64,000 nucleotides of DNA, from the NCBI RefSeq assembly GCF_009914755.1, contig NC_060939.1, one strand, 5' to 3'. Of the stretch, positions 14,801-27,571 are shown one piece after another. Every line of letters begins with the position of its first letter. The first letter of the stretch is position 1. Position numbers and translations under genes: made by a program. The notes beneath the pieces are model-generated. The model had not been told where the DNA came from, did no database searches, and saw nothing but the letters and a program-made list of their open reading frames with translations. This stretch comes from the human T2T-CHM13v2.0 reference genome, Homo sapiens.

Positions 14801-17800
14801 ACAATCTTAGCTCACATTTCGTTTCGCCATTCCATTCCATTCCATTGCATTCCATTCCATTCTATTCCACTGCTATCCGATCCAATCCACTCAACTCGAC
14901 TCCACTCCACTCCATTTCGTTCTGTTCCATTCCAATCTGTTCCATTCCATTTCATTGAGTTCCACTTCATTCCATTCCTCTCCACTCCATTCCATTTCAC
15001 TCAATTGCACTCCTTTTCACTCCACTCCACGCCATTCCACTCCATTCCGCTCCACTCCAATAAAAATCACTCCATTCGACTCCATGCCATGCCATTCCAT
15101 TCCATTCCATTCCATTCTACTGCAGTCCGATCCATTCCACTCAACTCCATTCCAATCCACTCTACTACTCTCCGTTCCATTCCGTTCCATTCCATTGTGT
15201 TCCCTTCCATACCATTACACTCCATTCCATTACACTCCACTCCTTTCCCTCCACTCCACTCCACTCCACTCCGTTCTATTCCGTTCCTTTCCATTCCAAT
15301 CAGTTCCATTCCATTCCATTCTATTCCACTCCGCTCCTTTCCACTCCACTCCACTCCGTTCTGTTCTGTTCCTTTCCATTACAATCCATTCCATTCCATT
15401 CCATTCTATTCCACTCCATTCCATTCCACTCAATTCCACTCCACTCCATTACACTCCCCTCCACTCCACTCCATTCCATTCCACTCCTTTCCATTCCATT
15501 GCATTCCACTCCCCTCCATTCCATTCCACTGCATTCCACTCCACTCAACTCCACTCCACTCCATTCCACTCCACTCCACTCAACTCCATACCATTCCATT
15601 CCATTCCAATGCAGTCCACTCCACTCCACTCAACTCTATTCCATTCCACTCTACTACACTCTGTTCCATTCCATTCCGTTCCATTCTGTTCCCTTCTGTT
15701 CCATTCCACTCCATTCCATTTCACTCCACTCCTTTCCACTCCACTCCACTACGTTTCATTCCATTCCTTTCCATTACATTCCATTCCGTTCCATTCCATT
15801 CCACTCAATTACACTGCTCTCTACTCCACTCCATTCCATTCCACTCCACTCCATTTCATTCCACTCCATTCTTTCCATTCCTCTCCATTCCTCTCCATTT
15901 CATTCCACTCAATTCCACTCCATTACACTACACTCCATTCCACTCCACTGCATTCCAATCCACACCACTCCATTCCTCTCTATTCCATTCCCTTCCACTC
16001 CATTACATTGCATTGCATTCCACGACTTTCCACTCCATCGCCCTACAAGCCACTCCACTCCATCCCACTACACTCCATTCTACTAGACTCCATTCTATTC
16101 CATTCTACTCCTTGATATTCCATTCCATTCCACTCCTTTCCAATCCATTCCAATCCACTCCATTCCAGTCCACTCCAATCCACTACACTCCACTCCATTC
16201 CATTCCATTTAACTCCATTCCATTCCACTCCTTTATTTCGAAAGGGTCTCACTCTGCCACCCAATCTGAAGTTCAGTATCACAATCCTAGCTCACATTTC
16301 ATTTCACCATTCTATTCCATTCCTTTCCCTTCCATTCCATTCCATTCAATTTCATTCCATTCCACAGCTCTGCAATCCACTCCACTCAACTCCAGTCCAA
16401 TCCACTCCATGCCATTTTGTTCCGTTCCACTACATTCCTTTGCATTCCATTCCATTCTGTTCCATTCCATTCCATTCGAATGCATTCCATTCCTTTCCAC
16501 GCCATTCCACTCCATTCCACTCCACTCCACTCTACTCCTCTCTAATCCACTGCACTCCAATCTATTCCATTCAATTCCATTCCATTCCATTCCACTGCAC
16601 TCTGATCCAATCCACTCAACTCCACTCCACTCCTTTCCACTCCACTCCATGCTTCTCCACTCCATTGCACACCACTCCTCTCCATTCCACGCCATTCCAC
16701 TCCATTGCACTCCATTCCGTTCCATTCTTTTCCACTTGATCCACTCCATTCCATTCCAACCCATTCCACTGCATTCGTCTCCACTCCACTCAACTCTATT
16801 CCACTGCACTCCACTCCACTCCATTCTATTCCATTCCATTCCATTCCACTCCATTCTATTGCACATCACTCCACTCCATGCCACTCCATTTCACTCTATT
16901 CCCCTCCACATCACTCCACTGCCCTCCACTCCACTCCACTGCTCTCCACTCCACTCCATTGCATTCCATTCCACTCCACTTCATTCCATTTCATTCCATT
17001 CCATTCTATTCCATTAGATTCCATTCCACTGCACTCTAATCCACTCCACTCAACTCCACTCCACTCCATTCCACTCCACTCCAATCCGTTCCATTCCATT
17101 CTGTTCCCTTCCATTCCATTCCATTCCGTTCCATTCCACTACAGTCCGTTCCATTCCATTCTTTTCCCTTCCATTCCATTCCATTCCATTGCATTCCACT
17201 ACAATCCATTCTATTCCACTACATTCCATTCCATTCCACACCACTCCACTCCACTCCATTCCATTCCATTCCATTCCATTCAATTCCACTACACTGTGAT
17301 CCACTCCACTAAAATCCACTCCACTAAACTCCATGCCACTCCACTCCTCTCCATTTCATTCCATTCAACTGCAGTCTGATCCACTCCACTCCATTGAATT
17401 CCATTCCACTCCACTTCATTCCATTGCATTCCTTTCCATTCCATTGCATTAGATTCCATTCCACTGCTCTCCGATCCACTCCACTCACCTCTACTCCACT
17501 CCATTCCACTCCACTCCAATCTGTTCCATTCCATTCCATTCCCTTCCATTCCATTTCAATCCATTCCATTCAATTCCACTACAATCCATTCTATTCCAAT
17601 ACATTCCATTCCATTCCCCTCCACTCCATTCCACTGCACTCCATTCCATTCCATTCCATTCCACTGCACTATAATCCATTCCACTCAAATCCACTCCTCT
17701 AAACTCCATGCTACTCCACTCCTCTCCTATTCATTCCATTCCGTTCCGTTCCATTCCATTCCACTGCTCTCTGATCCACTCCACTCAATTCCACTCCTTT

Positions 17801-20800
17801 CCACTGCACTCCACTCCACTCCATTCCCTTCCGTTCCATTCCCTTCTGTCCCATTCCATTCCATTCCACTCCACTCCATTCCACTCCAATCCATTCCACT
17901 GCATTGCATTCCATTCCATTCCTCTCCATTACACTGCACTCCATTCCACTAAACTCCATTCCACTCCTCTCCACTCCATTCCACTTCATTCCATTCCATA
18001 CCATTCCATTGCACTCCACACCAATCCACTCCACACCATTCCTCTCCACTCCATTCCACTCCACTCCTTTCCGTTCCATTTTATTCCACACCAATCTATT
18101 CCATTGCATTTTACTCCATTCCATTCCATTCCTTTATTTCGACTGGATCTCACTCTGTCTCCCAGAGTGGAGTGTAGTGGCACAATCTTAGCTCACATTT
18201 CATTTCACCATTCCATAACACTCCGTTCCATTCCATTCCCATCCATTCCATTCCATTCCACTCCGTTCCACTGCACTGCATTCCAATCCACTACAATCCA
18301 CTCCATTCCACTCCACTCAACTAGACTCCATACCATTCCACTCCACGCCACTCCATTCCATTCTATCCCAGTCCAGTCCATTCCATTCCATTCCACTCCA
18401 CTCCATTCCATTCCACTCTGTTCCACTCCATTCCTCTCCACTCCATTCCAATTCACTGCAATCCCCTCCATTCCATTCCATTCCACTCTGTTCCACTCCA
18501 TTCCTCTCCACTCCATTCCACTCCACTCCAATCCACTTCACTCCACGCCTTTTCACTGCATTCCTTTCCATGCAACTCAATGCCATTGCATTTTACTCCA
18601 TTCCATTCCATTCCTTTATTTCTACTGGATCTCACTCTGTCACCCAGACTGGAGTGCACTGGCACAATCTTAGCTCTCATTTCATTTCACCATTGCATTG
18701 CATTCCTTTCCATTCCATTCCCTTCCATTCCATGACACTGCCTTCTACTCCACTCCACTCCAGTGCACTCCAATCCCCTGCACTCCACTCCATTGTACTC
18801 CACTCCATTCGACTCCATTTCATTCCACTCCATGCCATTCCATTGAATTCCATTCCGTTCCACTCCACTCCATTCCATTCGACTCCACTTCAATCCACTC
18901 CACTCCACTCCATTCCATTAAACTCCATTCCACTCCACTCCATTCCATTCCATTCCAGTCCACTGCACTCCGATCTACTCCACTCCACTCCACTCCACTC
19001 CATTCCATTCCTCTCCACTCCACTCCATTCCACTCCCCTCCATTCCATCCCTTCCCATTCCATTGTATTCCATCCAATCCCATCTCACCCCATTCCATTC
19101 TATACCATTCCGTTCCACTGCACTGTGATCCACTCCACTCAATTCCACTCAACTCCACTCCATTCCACTCTGTTCCCTTCCGTTCCATTCCATTCTGTCC
19201 CATTCCATTCCATTCTGTTCCATTCCATTCCATTCCAATGCACTCCATTCCGTTCCACTGCATTCTTCTCCATTCCACTCTAATCCACTCCACTCTACTG
19301 CACTCCACTCCACACTATTCCATTCCATTCCATTCCATTCCATTCCACTGCACTCCGATGCACTCCACTCCACTCCATTCCAATCAGTTCCATTCCATTC
19401 CACTCCAGTGCACTCTATTCCAATTCAGTCAACTCTACTCCACTCCAATCCATTCCTTTTGGTTCAATTCCATTCCTTTCCATTCCATTCCTTTCCATTC
19501 CACTCCACTGCATTCTATTCAACTACTTTCCACTCCATTCCACTCCACTCCACTGCACTGCACTGCACTGCACTCCATTCCACTACAATCCATTCCATTT
19601 CACTGCACTCCCATCCACTCCACTGAACTACTCTCCACTCCTCTCCACTGAGATCCATTTCTTTCTGTTTGTTCCATTCCGTTCCATTCCACTCCACTCC
19701 ATTTCACTCCACTCCATTCCACCCCTCTCCATTTCACTCCATTCGACTCCAGTCCCCTTCAATCCACTCCACTCCACTCAACTTCACTCCCCTACACTCC
19801 ATTTCATTCCACTACACTCCATTCCATTCCACTCCATTCCATTCCATTCCATGCAAGTCGATTCCACTCCATTCCACTTCACTCCTTCCACTCCTCTCCA
19901 TTCCACTCCACTGTATTCTACTGCATTCCATTAAATTCCACTCCATTCCATACCATTCCATTCCACTGCATTCCATTCCATTCCACTCCACTCCATTCCG
20001 TTCCACTCCTTTACACTGCATTCCACTCTATTCCACTCCATTCCATTCCACTCCACTCCATTCCATTCCATTCTACTCCATTGTGTTCCATTCCTTTATT
20101 TCGACTAGATCTCACTCTGTCACTGATACTGGACTTCGGTTGCACAATCTTACCTCAAATTTCATTTCACCATTCCATTTCATTCCATTCCTTTCCCCTG
20201 CACTCCACTCCACTCCACTCCATTCCATTCCACCACACTCCATTCTAATCCATTCCATTCCACTCCATTCCATTCCAATGCACTCCAATCCACTCCACTC
20301 CACTCCCCTCCAGTCCACTTAATTGTGTTCCATTCCATTCCATTCCCTTACATTACATTCCATTCCAATCCACTACATTCCATTTTACCCCATTGCACTC
20401 CACTCCACTCCACTCTATTCCACTCCACTCCACTCCACTCCATTCTATTCCATTCCATTCCATTCGATCTATTATAGTCCGATCCACTCCACCCAACTCC
20501 ACTCCACTGCACTCCATTGCATTCCGTTCCAATCCTTTCCATTCCATTCCGTTCCATTCCACTTCATTCTCTTCCACTCCACTACGTTCCACTCCACTCC
20601 GTTTCCCTCCATTCCACTCCATTCCAATCCACTACACTTCACTCCACTCCATTCGATTCCACTCCATTCCATTGCATTCAACTCCATTCCATTCCATTCC
20701 ACTCCAAACCACTGTACTCTTCCACTCCACTCCACTCTATTCTATTCTATTCCATTCCATCCCATCCCTTTCCATTCCATTCCATTCCACTGCACTCCGA

Positions 20801-23800
20801 TTCACTCTACATAACTAAACTCCACTCCACTCCATTCCGTTGCATTCCGTTCCATTCCATTCCATTCCATTCCGTTCCATTACATTCCACTCCATTCCAT
20901 TCCACTCCACTTCCTTCCGCTCCACTCCATTTCCCTCCATTCCACTCCATTCCACTCCACTACACTCCACACCACTCCATTCCATTCCACTCCATTATAT
21001 TCCATTCCAATCCATTCCATTCAATTCCACTCTATTCCATTCCATTCCATTCCATTCCATTCCATTCTATTCCATTCCACTCCATTCCAGTCCATTCCAA
21101 TCCCCTCCATTACACGACAATCCATTCCACTCTACTCCACTCCATTCTACTCCATGCCATTTCATTCCACTCCATTCCATTTCACTCCTTTCCTCTCCAT
21201 TCCACTCCATTCCACTCCAATCTACTCCATTCCACTCCATTCCTTTCCACTCCACTCCATTCCATTCTTCCCCATTCCACTCCATTTCTTTATTTAGATT
21301 GGGTCTCATTTTTTCACCCAGACTGGACTGCAGTGTTCCTATCTTAGCTCACATTACATTTCACCATTCCATTCCATTCCATTCTATTCCATTGTATTCC
21401 ACTCCACTGCACTCCACCCCATTCCACTCCACGCCATTCCATTCTATTCCATTCCATTCCATTCCATTCCACTGCACTCCTATACACTCCACTCCACTCC
21501 ACTCCACTCCACTATATTCCATTCCATTCTGTTGCATTCCTTACCACTCCGTTTCATTCCATTCCATTCCATTCCGCTCCACTCCATTCCAATCCACTAT
21601 ACTCTTCTCCCTTCCTCTCCACTCCACTCCACTCCATTCCAATCCACTATACTCCTCTCCCTTCCACTCCACTCCACTTTACTACACTGAATTCCACTCC
21701 ACTCCATTGCGTTCCAATCCACTGCAATCCTTTCCATTCCATTCCATTCCATTCCATTCCATTCCATTCCATTCCATGGCACTCCATTCCACTCCACTAA
21801 ACTGCATTCCACTCCATTCCATTCCATTCCACTACATTACATTCCTTTCCATTCCACTCCATTCCACTCCTTTCCACTCCATTCCATTCCACAACAATCT
21901 ATTCAATTGCATTTTTCTCCAGTCTATTCCATTTCTTTATTTCGATTGGATCTCATTCTGTCTCCCAGACTGGAGTGCAGTGGCACAATCTTAGCTCACA
22001 TTTCATTTCACCATTTCATTGCATTCCTTTCCATTCCATTCCATTGCGTTCCGTTCCACTCCAATCCAGTGCATTGCATTCCAATCCACTGCACTCCACT
22101 CCATTCCGCTCCAGTCCACTCCACTCCACTAGACTACATTTCATTCTTCTCCACTCCACTCCATTTCATTTCACTCCACGCCATTCCATTCCATTCCATT
22201 GCATTCCATTCCATTCCACTCCACTACATTCCATTCGACTCCACTCCCTGCCACTCCACTCCATTCCATTCCATTCCACTCCACTCCACTCCATTCCAAT
22301 AAACTCCACTCCACTCCAATCCACTCCATTCCATTAAATTCCATTCTTCTCCACTCAGTTCCATTCCATTCCATTCCAGTCTACTGCACTCCACTCCACT
22401 CCACTGCACTCCATTCTCTTCCATCCCACTCCAGTCCATTCCATTACATTCCATTCCACTCCTCTCCATTCCATTCCATTCCACTCTGTTCCACTCCATT
22501 CCTCTCCACTCCATTCCAATTCACTCCAATCCACTCCATTCCATTCCACTCTGTTCCACTCCATTCCTCTCCACTCCATTCCACTCCCCTCTAATCCACT
22601 TCACTCCACGCCTTTCCACTGCATTTCTTTCCACACAACTCAATGCCATTGCCTTTTACTTCATTCCATTCCATTCCTTTATTTCGACTGGATCTCACTC
22701 TGTCACCCAGACTGGAGTGCACTGGCACAATCTTAGCTCTTATTTCATTTCACCATTACATTGCATTCCTTTCCATTCCATTCCATTCCTTGACACTGCC
22801 TTCTACTCCACTCCACTCCAGTGCACTCCAATCCCCTGCACTCCACTCCATTCTACTCCACTCCACTCGACTCCATTTCATTCCACTCCACGCCATTCCA
22901 TTGCATTCTATTCCATTCCACTCCACTCCATTCCTTTCGACTCCACTTCAATCCACTCCACTCCATTCCATTAAATTCCATTCCACTCCACTCCATTCCA
23001 TTCCATTTCAGTCCACTGCACTCCGATCCACTCCATTCCACTCCATTCCACTCCACTCCACTCCATTCCATTCCATTCCTCTCTGCTCCACTCCATTCCA
23101 CTCCACTACATTTCATCCCTTCCCATTCCATTGTATTCCATCCCATCCCATCCCATCCCATTCCATTCTATGCCATTCCATTCCACTGCACTTTGATCCA
23201 CTCCACTCAATTTCACTCAACTCCACTCCATTCCACTCTGTTCCCTTCTGTTCCATTCCATTCTGTCCCATTCCTTTCCAGTCTGTTCCATTCCATTCCA
23301 TTCCAATGCACTCCATTCCATTCCACTGCATTCTTCTCCATTCCACTCCAATCCACTCCACTCTACTGCACTCCACTCCACACCATTCCATTCTATTCCA
23401 TTACATTCCACTTCACTCTGATGCACTGCACTCCACTCCATTCCAATCAATTCCATTCCATTCCACTCCAGTGCACTCTATTCCAATTCAATCAACTCCA
23501 CTCCACTCCACTCCGTTCCTTTCCGTTCCCTTCCATTCCATTCCATTCCTTCCATTCCACTCCACTGCATTCTATTCAACGAGTTTCCACTCCATTCCAC
23601 TCCACTCCACTCCACTGCACTGCACTCCACTGCACTCCATTCCATTACAATCCGTTCCATTTCACTGCAATCCCATCCACTCCACTGAACTACACTCCAC
23701 TCCTCTCCACTGAGATCCATTTCTTTCTGTTCCATTCCACTCCATTCCATTTCACTCCACTCCAGTCCATCCCTCTCCATTTCACTCCATTCGACTCCAT

Positions 23801-26800
23801 TCCCCTTCAATCCACTCCTCACGACTTCACTCCCCTACACACAATTCCATTCCACTACACTCCATTCCTTTCCACTCCATTCCATTCCATTCCATGCCAC
23901 GTGATTCCACTGCATTCCACTCCACTCCTTCCACTCCTCTCCATTCCACTCCACTGCATTCTACTGCATTCCATTCCATTCCACTCCATTCCATACCATT
24001 CCATTCCATTGCATTCCATTCCATTCCACTCCACTCCATTCCGTTCCACTCCTTTACACTGCATTCCACTCTATTCTACTCCACTCCATTCCATTGCACT
24101 CCTTTACACTGCATTCCACTCTATTCCACTCCATTCCATTCCACTCCACTCCATTCCATTCCATTCTACTCCATTGTGTTCCATTCCTTTTTTTCGACTA
24201 GATCTCACTCTGTCACCCAGACTGGACTTCAGTGGCACAATCTTACCTCACATTTCATTTCACCATTCCATTTCATTTCATTCCTTTCCCCTGCACTCCA
24301 CTCCACTCCATTCCATTCCATTCCATTCCACTCCATTCCATTCCATTCCATTAATACGCTCCAATCCACTCCACTCCACTCCCCTCCAGTCCACTTAGTT
24401 GTGTTCCATTACATTCCATTCCCTTACATTTCATTCCATTCCGTTCTATTCCATTCCATTCCACTCCATTCCATTACGTTCCACCCCATTGCACTCCACT
24501 CCACTCCACTCTATTCCAGTCCACTCCACTCCACTCCATTCTATTCCATTCCATTCCATTCGATCCACTGCAGTCCGATCCACTCCACCCAACTCCACTC
24601 CACTCCACTCCATTGCATTCCGTTCCAATCCATTCCATTCCATTCCGTTCCCTTCCACTCCGTTCCATTCCACTCCACTACAGTCCACTCCACTCCATTT
24701 CCCTCCATTCCACTCCATTCCAATCCACTACACTTCACTCCACTCCATTCGAATCCACTCCATTCCATTCCATTCTACTCCATTACATTACATTCCGTCA
24801 TTTCGACTGTATCTCACTCTATCACCCAGACTGGAGTGTAGTGGCCAAATCTTAGCTCACATTTCATTTCACCATTCCATTCCATTCCACTCCACTCCAT
24901 TCCATTCCACTCCACTACACTCCACTACACTCTACACCCCTCCACTCCATGCCTCTCCACTCCATTCCATTCCACTCCACTACACTCCACTACACTCTAC
25001 ACCCCTCCACTCCATGCCACTCCACTCCATTCCACTCCACTCCTTTCCATTCCATTCCATTCCATTCCTTTCCATTCCATTCCATTCCTTTCCATTTTAT
25101 TCCATTGCAGTCCACTCCACCTTACTCCACTCCATTCCATTCCATCATTTTCCAGTTCTCTCCATTCCACTCCACTCCAATACCACTCCAATCCGTTCCA
25201 TTCCATTCCATTCCACTCCACTCCATTCAATTCCATTCCCTTTCATTCCTTAAAGCTGCACTGCAATCCACTGCACTCAACTCCACACTACTCCACTCCA
25301 CTCCATTCCCTTCCGTTCCATTCCATTCCGTTCCATTCAATTCCTTTCCATTCCATTCCACTCCAATCCACTCCACTCCTTTCCATTCCACTCCATGCTA
25401 CTCCATTCCACTCCACTCCACTCCACTCCACGCCACTCCACTCCACTCCCCTCCATTCCATTCCATTCCACTGCACTCCGTTCAACTCCATTCAACTCCA
25501 CTACACTCCAGTCAGCTCCACTCCATTCTATTCTGTTCCGTTCCATTCTGTACCATTCCATTCCATTCCAGTCCATTCCATTCCACTCCACTCCATTCCA
25601 TTCCATTCCTTTCCACTGCATTCCACTGCACTCCTCTCCACTCCATTCCACTCAATTGCATTCCATTCAATTCCACTCCATTCCTTTCTATTGCATTCTA
25701 CTCCATTCCACTCCACTCCATTCCACTCCTCTCCATTATACACCATTCCAATTTCTTCCATTCCATTCCATTCCATTCTACTCCATTCCATTTCATTCCC
25801 TTCCACTCCATTCCACTCCATTCCATTCCTGTCCACTCCACTCCATTCCACTCCATTCCATTCCTTTCCACTCCAATCCATTCCATTCCACTCTACTCCA
25901 TTGCATTCCATTCCTTTCCACTCCAATCCATTCCATTCCACTCTACTCCATTGCATTCCATTCCTTTATTTCGATTGGATGTAACTCTGTCACTCAGACT
26001 GTAGTGCAGTGGCACAATCTTAGCTCACCTTACATTTCGCTATTTCATTCCATTCCATTGCATTGCATTGCATTCCATTCCATTCCATTCCATTCCATTC
26101 CATTCTACTCCAGTGCATTCCATGCCATTCCATTCTATTCCATTTCTTTCCGTTCCATTCCATTCTAGTCCACTCCAATCCACTTCACTCAACTGCACTC
26201 CACTCCACTTTGTTCTGTTCCTTTTCATTCCATTCTGTTCCATTCCATTCCATTCCGTTCCATTCCATTCCACTCCACTCCATTCCACTCTAATCCATTC
26301 CACTCCACTCCGTTTCACTCCATTACACTCCATTCCACTCCTCTCCTCTGCACTCCACTCCATTCCATTCCACTCTATTCCATTCCTTTCCACTTCACTC
26401 CACTCGTTTCCATTCCACTCTATTCCATTCATTTCCCCTCCATTCCATTCCATTCCATTGCACTCCATTCAACTCCACTCCACTCCACTCCACTCCAATC
26501 CACTCCACTCCACTCCATTTTAATCCACTCCAATCCACTCCTCTCCACTCCACTCCATCCCATTCCACTCCACTCCATTCGCGTCCATTCCATTCCATTC
26601 TACTCCACTCCTCTCCACTCCAATCCATTCCATTCCATTCCTTTCAAATCCACTCCATTCCATTCCACTCCTCTCCACTCCACTCCATTCCAATCGTCAC
26701 CACTCCACTCCACTCCACTCCATTCCATTCCATTCCATTCCATTCCACTCCACTCCATTCCATTCCCTTCCATTCTGTTCCATTCCATTTCATTCCACTG

Positions 26801-26806
26801 CACCCC
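11821..26806 (+). repeat. Satellite III-type array, domain II: CATTC/CACTC-rich (GGAAT/GGAGT), with interspersed Alu-derived cassettes
   Basis: Mostly CATTC, CACTC, CACTG and CAATC pentamers. The ATTCG-rich blocks of domain I are absent, and 13 non-pentamer cassettes are present. It ends at ...cactgcacccc, directly before alpha satellite. Confidence 0.93.
12351..26041 (-). mobile_element. 13 dispersed copies of a ~77-bp cassette containing the terminal ~58 nt of an Alu (antisense on +). Starts at ~12351, 13156, 14752, 16232, 18133, 18615, 20095, 21289, 21936, 22678, 24188, 24797, 25965
   Basis: Consensus by eye: tttatttcgactggatctcactctgtcacccagactggagtgcagtggcacaatcttagctcac+atttcatttcacc. 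This resembles the antisense Alu 3' end (gagacggagtctcgctctgtcgcccaggctggagtgcagtggcgcgatctcggctcac) with CpG decay. The ORF track shows the typical Alu-antisense peptide LSPRLECSGTILAH. Confidence 0.88.
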
Positions 26807-27571
26807 TATCTTCACATGAAAACTAGACAGAAGATTTCTGAGAAACTTTTTTGTGATATGTGCATTCATCTCACAGAGTTTAACCATTCTTTTGACTGAG
26901 CAGTTTGGTAACAGACTTTTTGTAGAATCTACAAAAGGAGCACTTTGAATCCTGAGGTGAAAAAGGAAATATCTTCACAGAAAAACTAGAAGGATGGTTT
27001 CTGAGAAACTGCTCTGTGATGTTTGAATTCATCTCACAGACTTGAACCTTTCTATTGATTTAGCGTATTGGAAACAGTCTTTTTGTAGAATCTGCAAAGG
27101 GATATTTGTGTACACTTGGAGGCCAATGGTGAGAAAGGAAATATCTTCACATGAATACTAGACAGATGCTTTCTGAGACTCTTCTGTTTTATGTGTACAT
27201 TCCTCCCAAACAGTTGAAACTTTCTTTTGATTGAGGAGTTTGGAAACAGTCTTTTTGTAGAATCAGCAAAGGGATATTTGTGAGCGCTTTGAGTCCTATG
27301 GGGAAAAATGAAATATTTTCACATAAAAACTATACAGAAGGTTTCTGAGAAACTACTTTGTAATGTGTGCATTCATCTCCCAGAGGTAAATGTTTCTTTT
27401 CATTGAGTAGATGGGAAACTCTTTTCTTGTAGAATCTGCAAAGGGATATTTGTGAGCGCTTTGAGGCCTATGGTGAAAAAGGAAATATCTTCATATAAAA
27501 TGTAGACAGAAGCTTTCTGAGGAACTTATTTGTGATTTATGCATTCATCTCATAGAGTTGAACCATTCTTC
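26807..27571 (+). repeat. Monomeric alpha satellite (~171-bp diverged monomers)
   Basis: Typical alphoid motifs aaaactagacagaag, tctgagaaact, cattcatctcacagagttgaac and ggaaatatcttcaca, at ~170-bp spacing. Confidence 0.96.

Noticed and set aside
12593-17017. 1474-aa ORF (HSIPF/HSTPL repeats) and the many other ORFs in 1-26.8 kb
   Set aside because: CATTC/CACTC pentamers contain no stop codon in any frame, so long low-complexity ORFs are expected. Many also start at non-ATG codons. There is no sign of a real gene.
12351-26041. Repeat-spacer (CRISPR-like) reading of the 13 cassettes
   Set aside because: The intervals are 0.5-1.9 kb of satellite rather than short unique spacers, the cassette is Alu-derived, the context is primate, and no cas genes are present.
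11821-26806. Idea that the CACTG/CACTC pentamers were seeded by the Alu motif CCACTGCACTCCA
   Set aside because: The cassette carries that motif on the opposite strand to the satellite's copies, and domain I has the same pentamers without any cassette.
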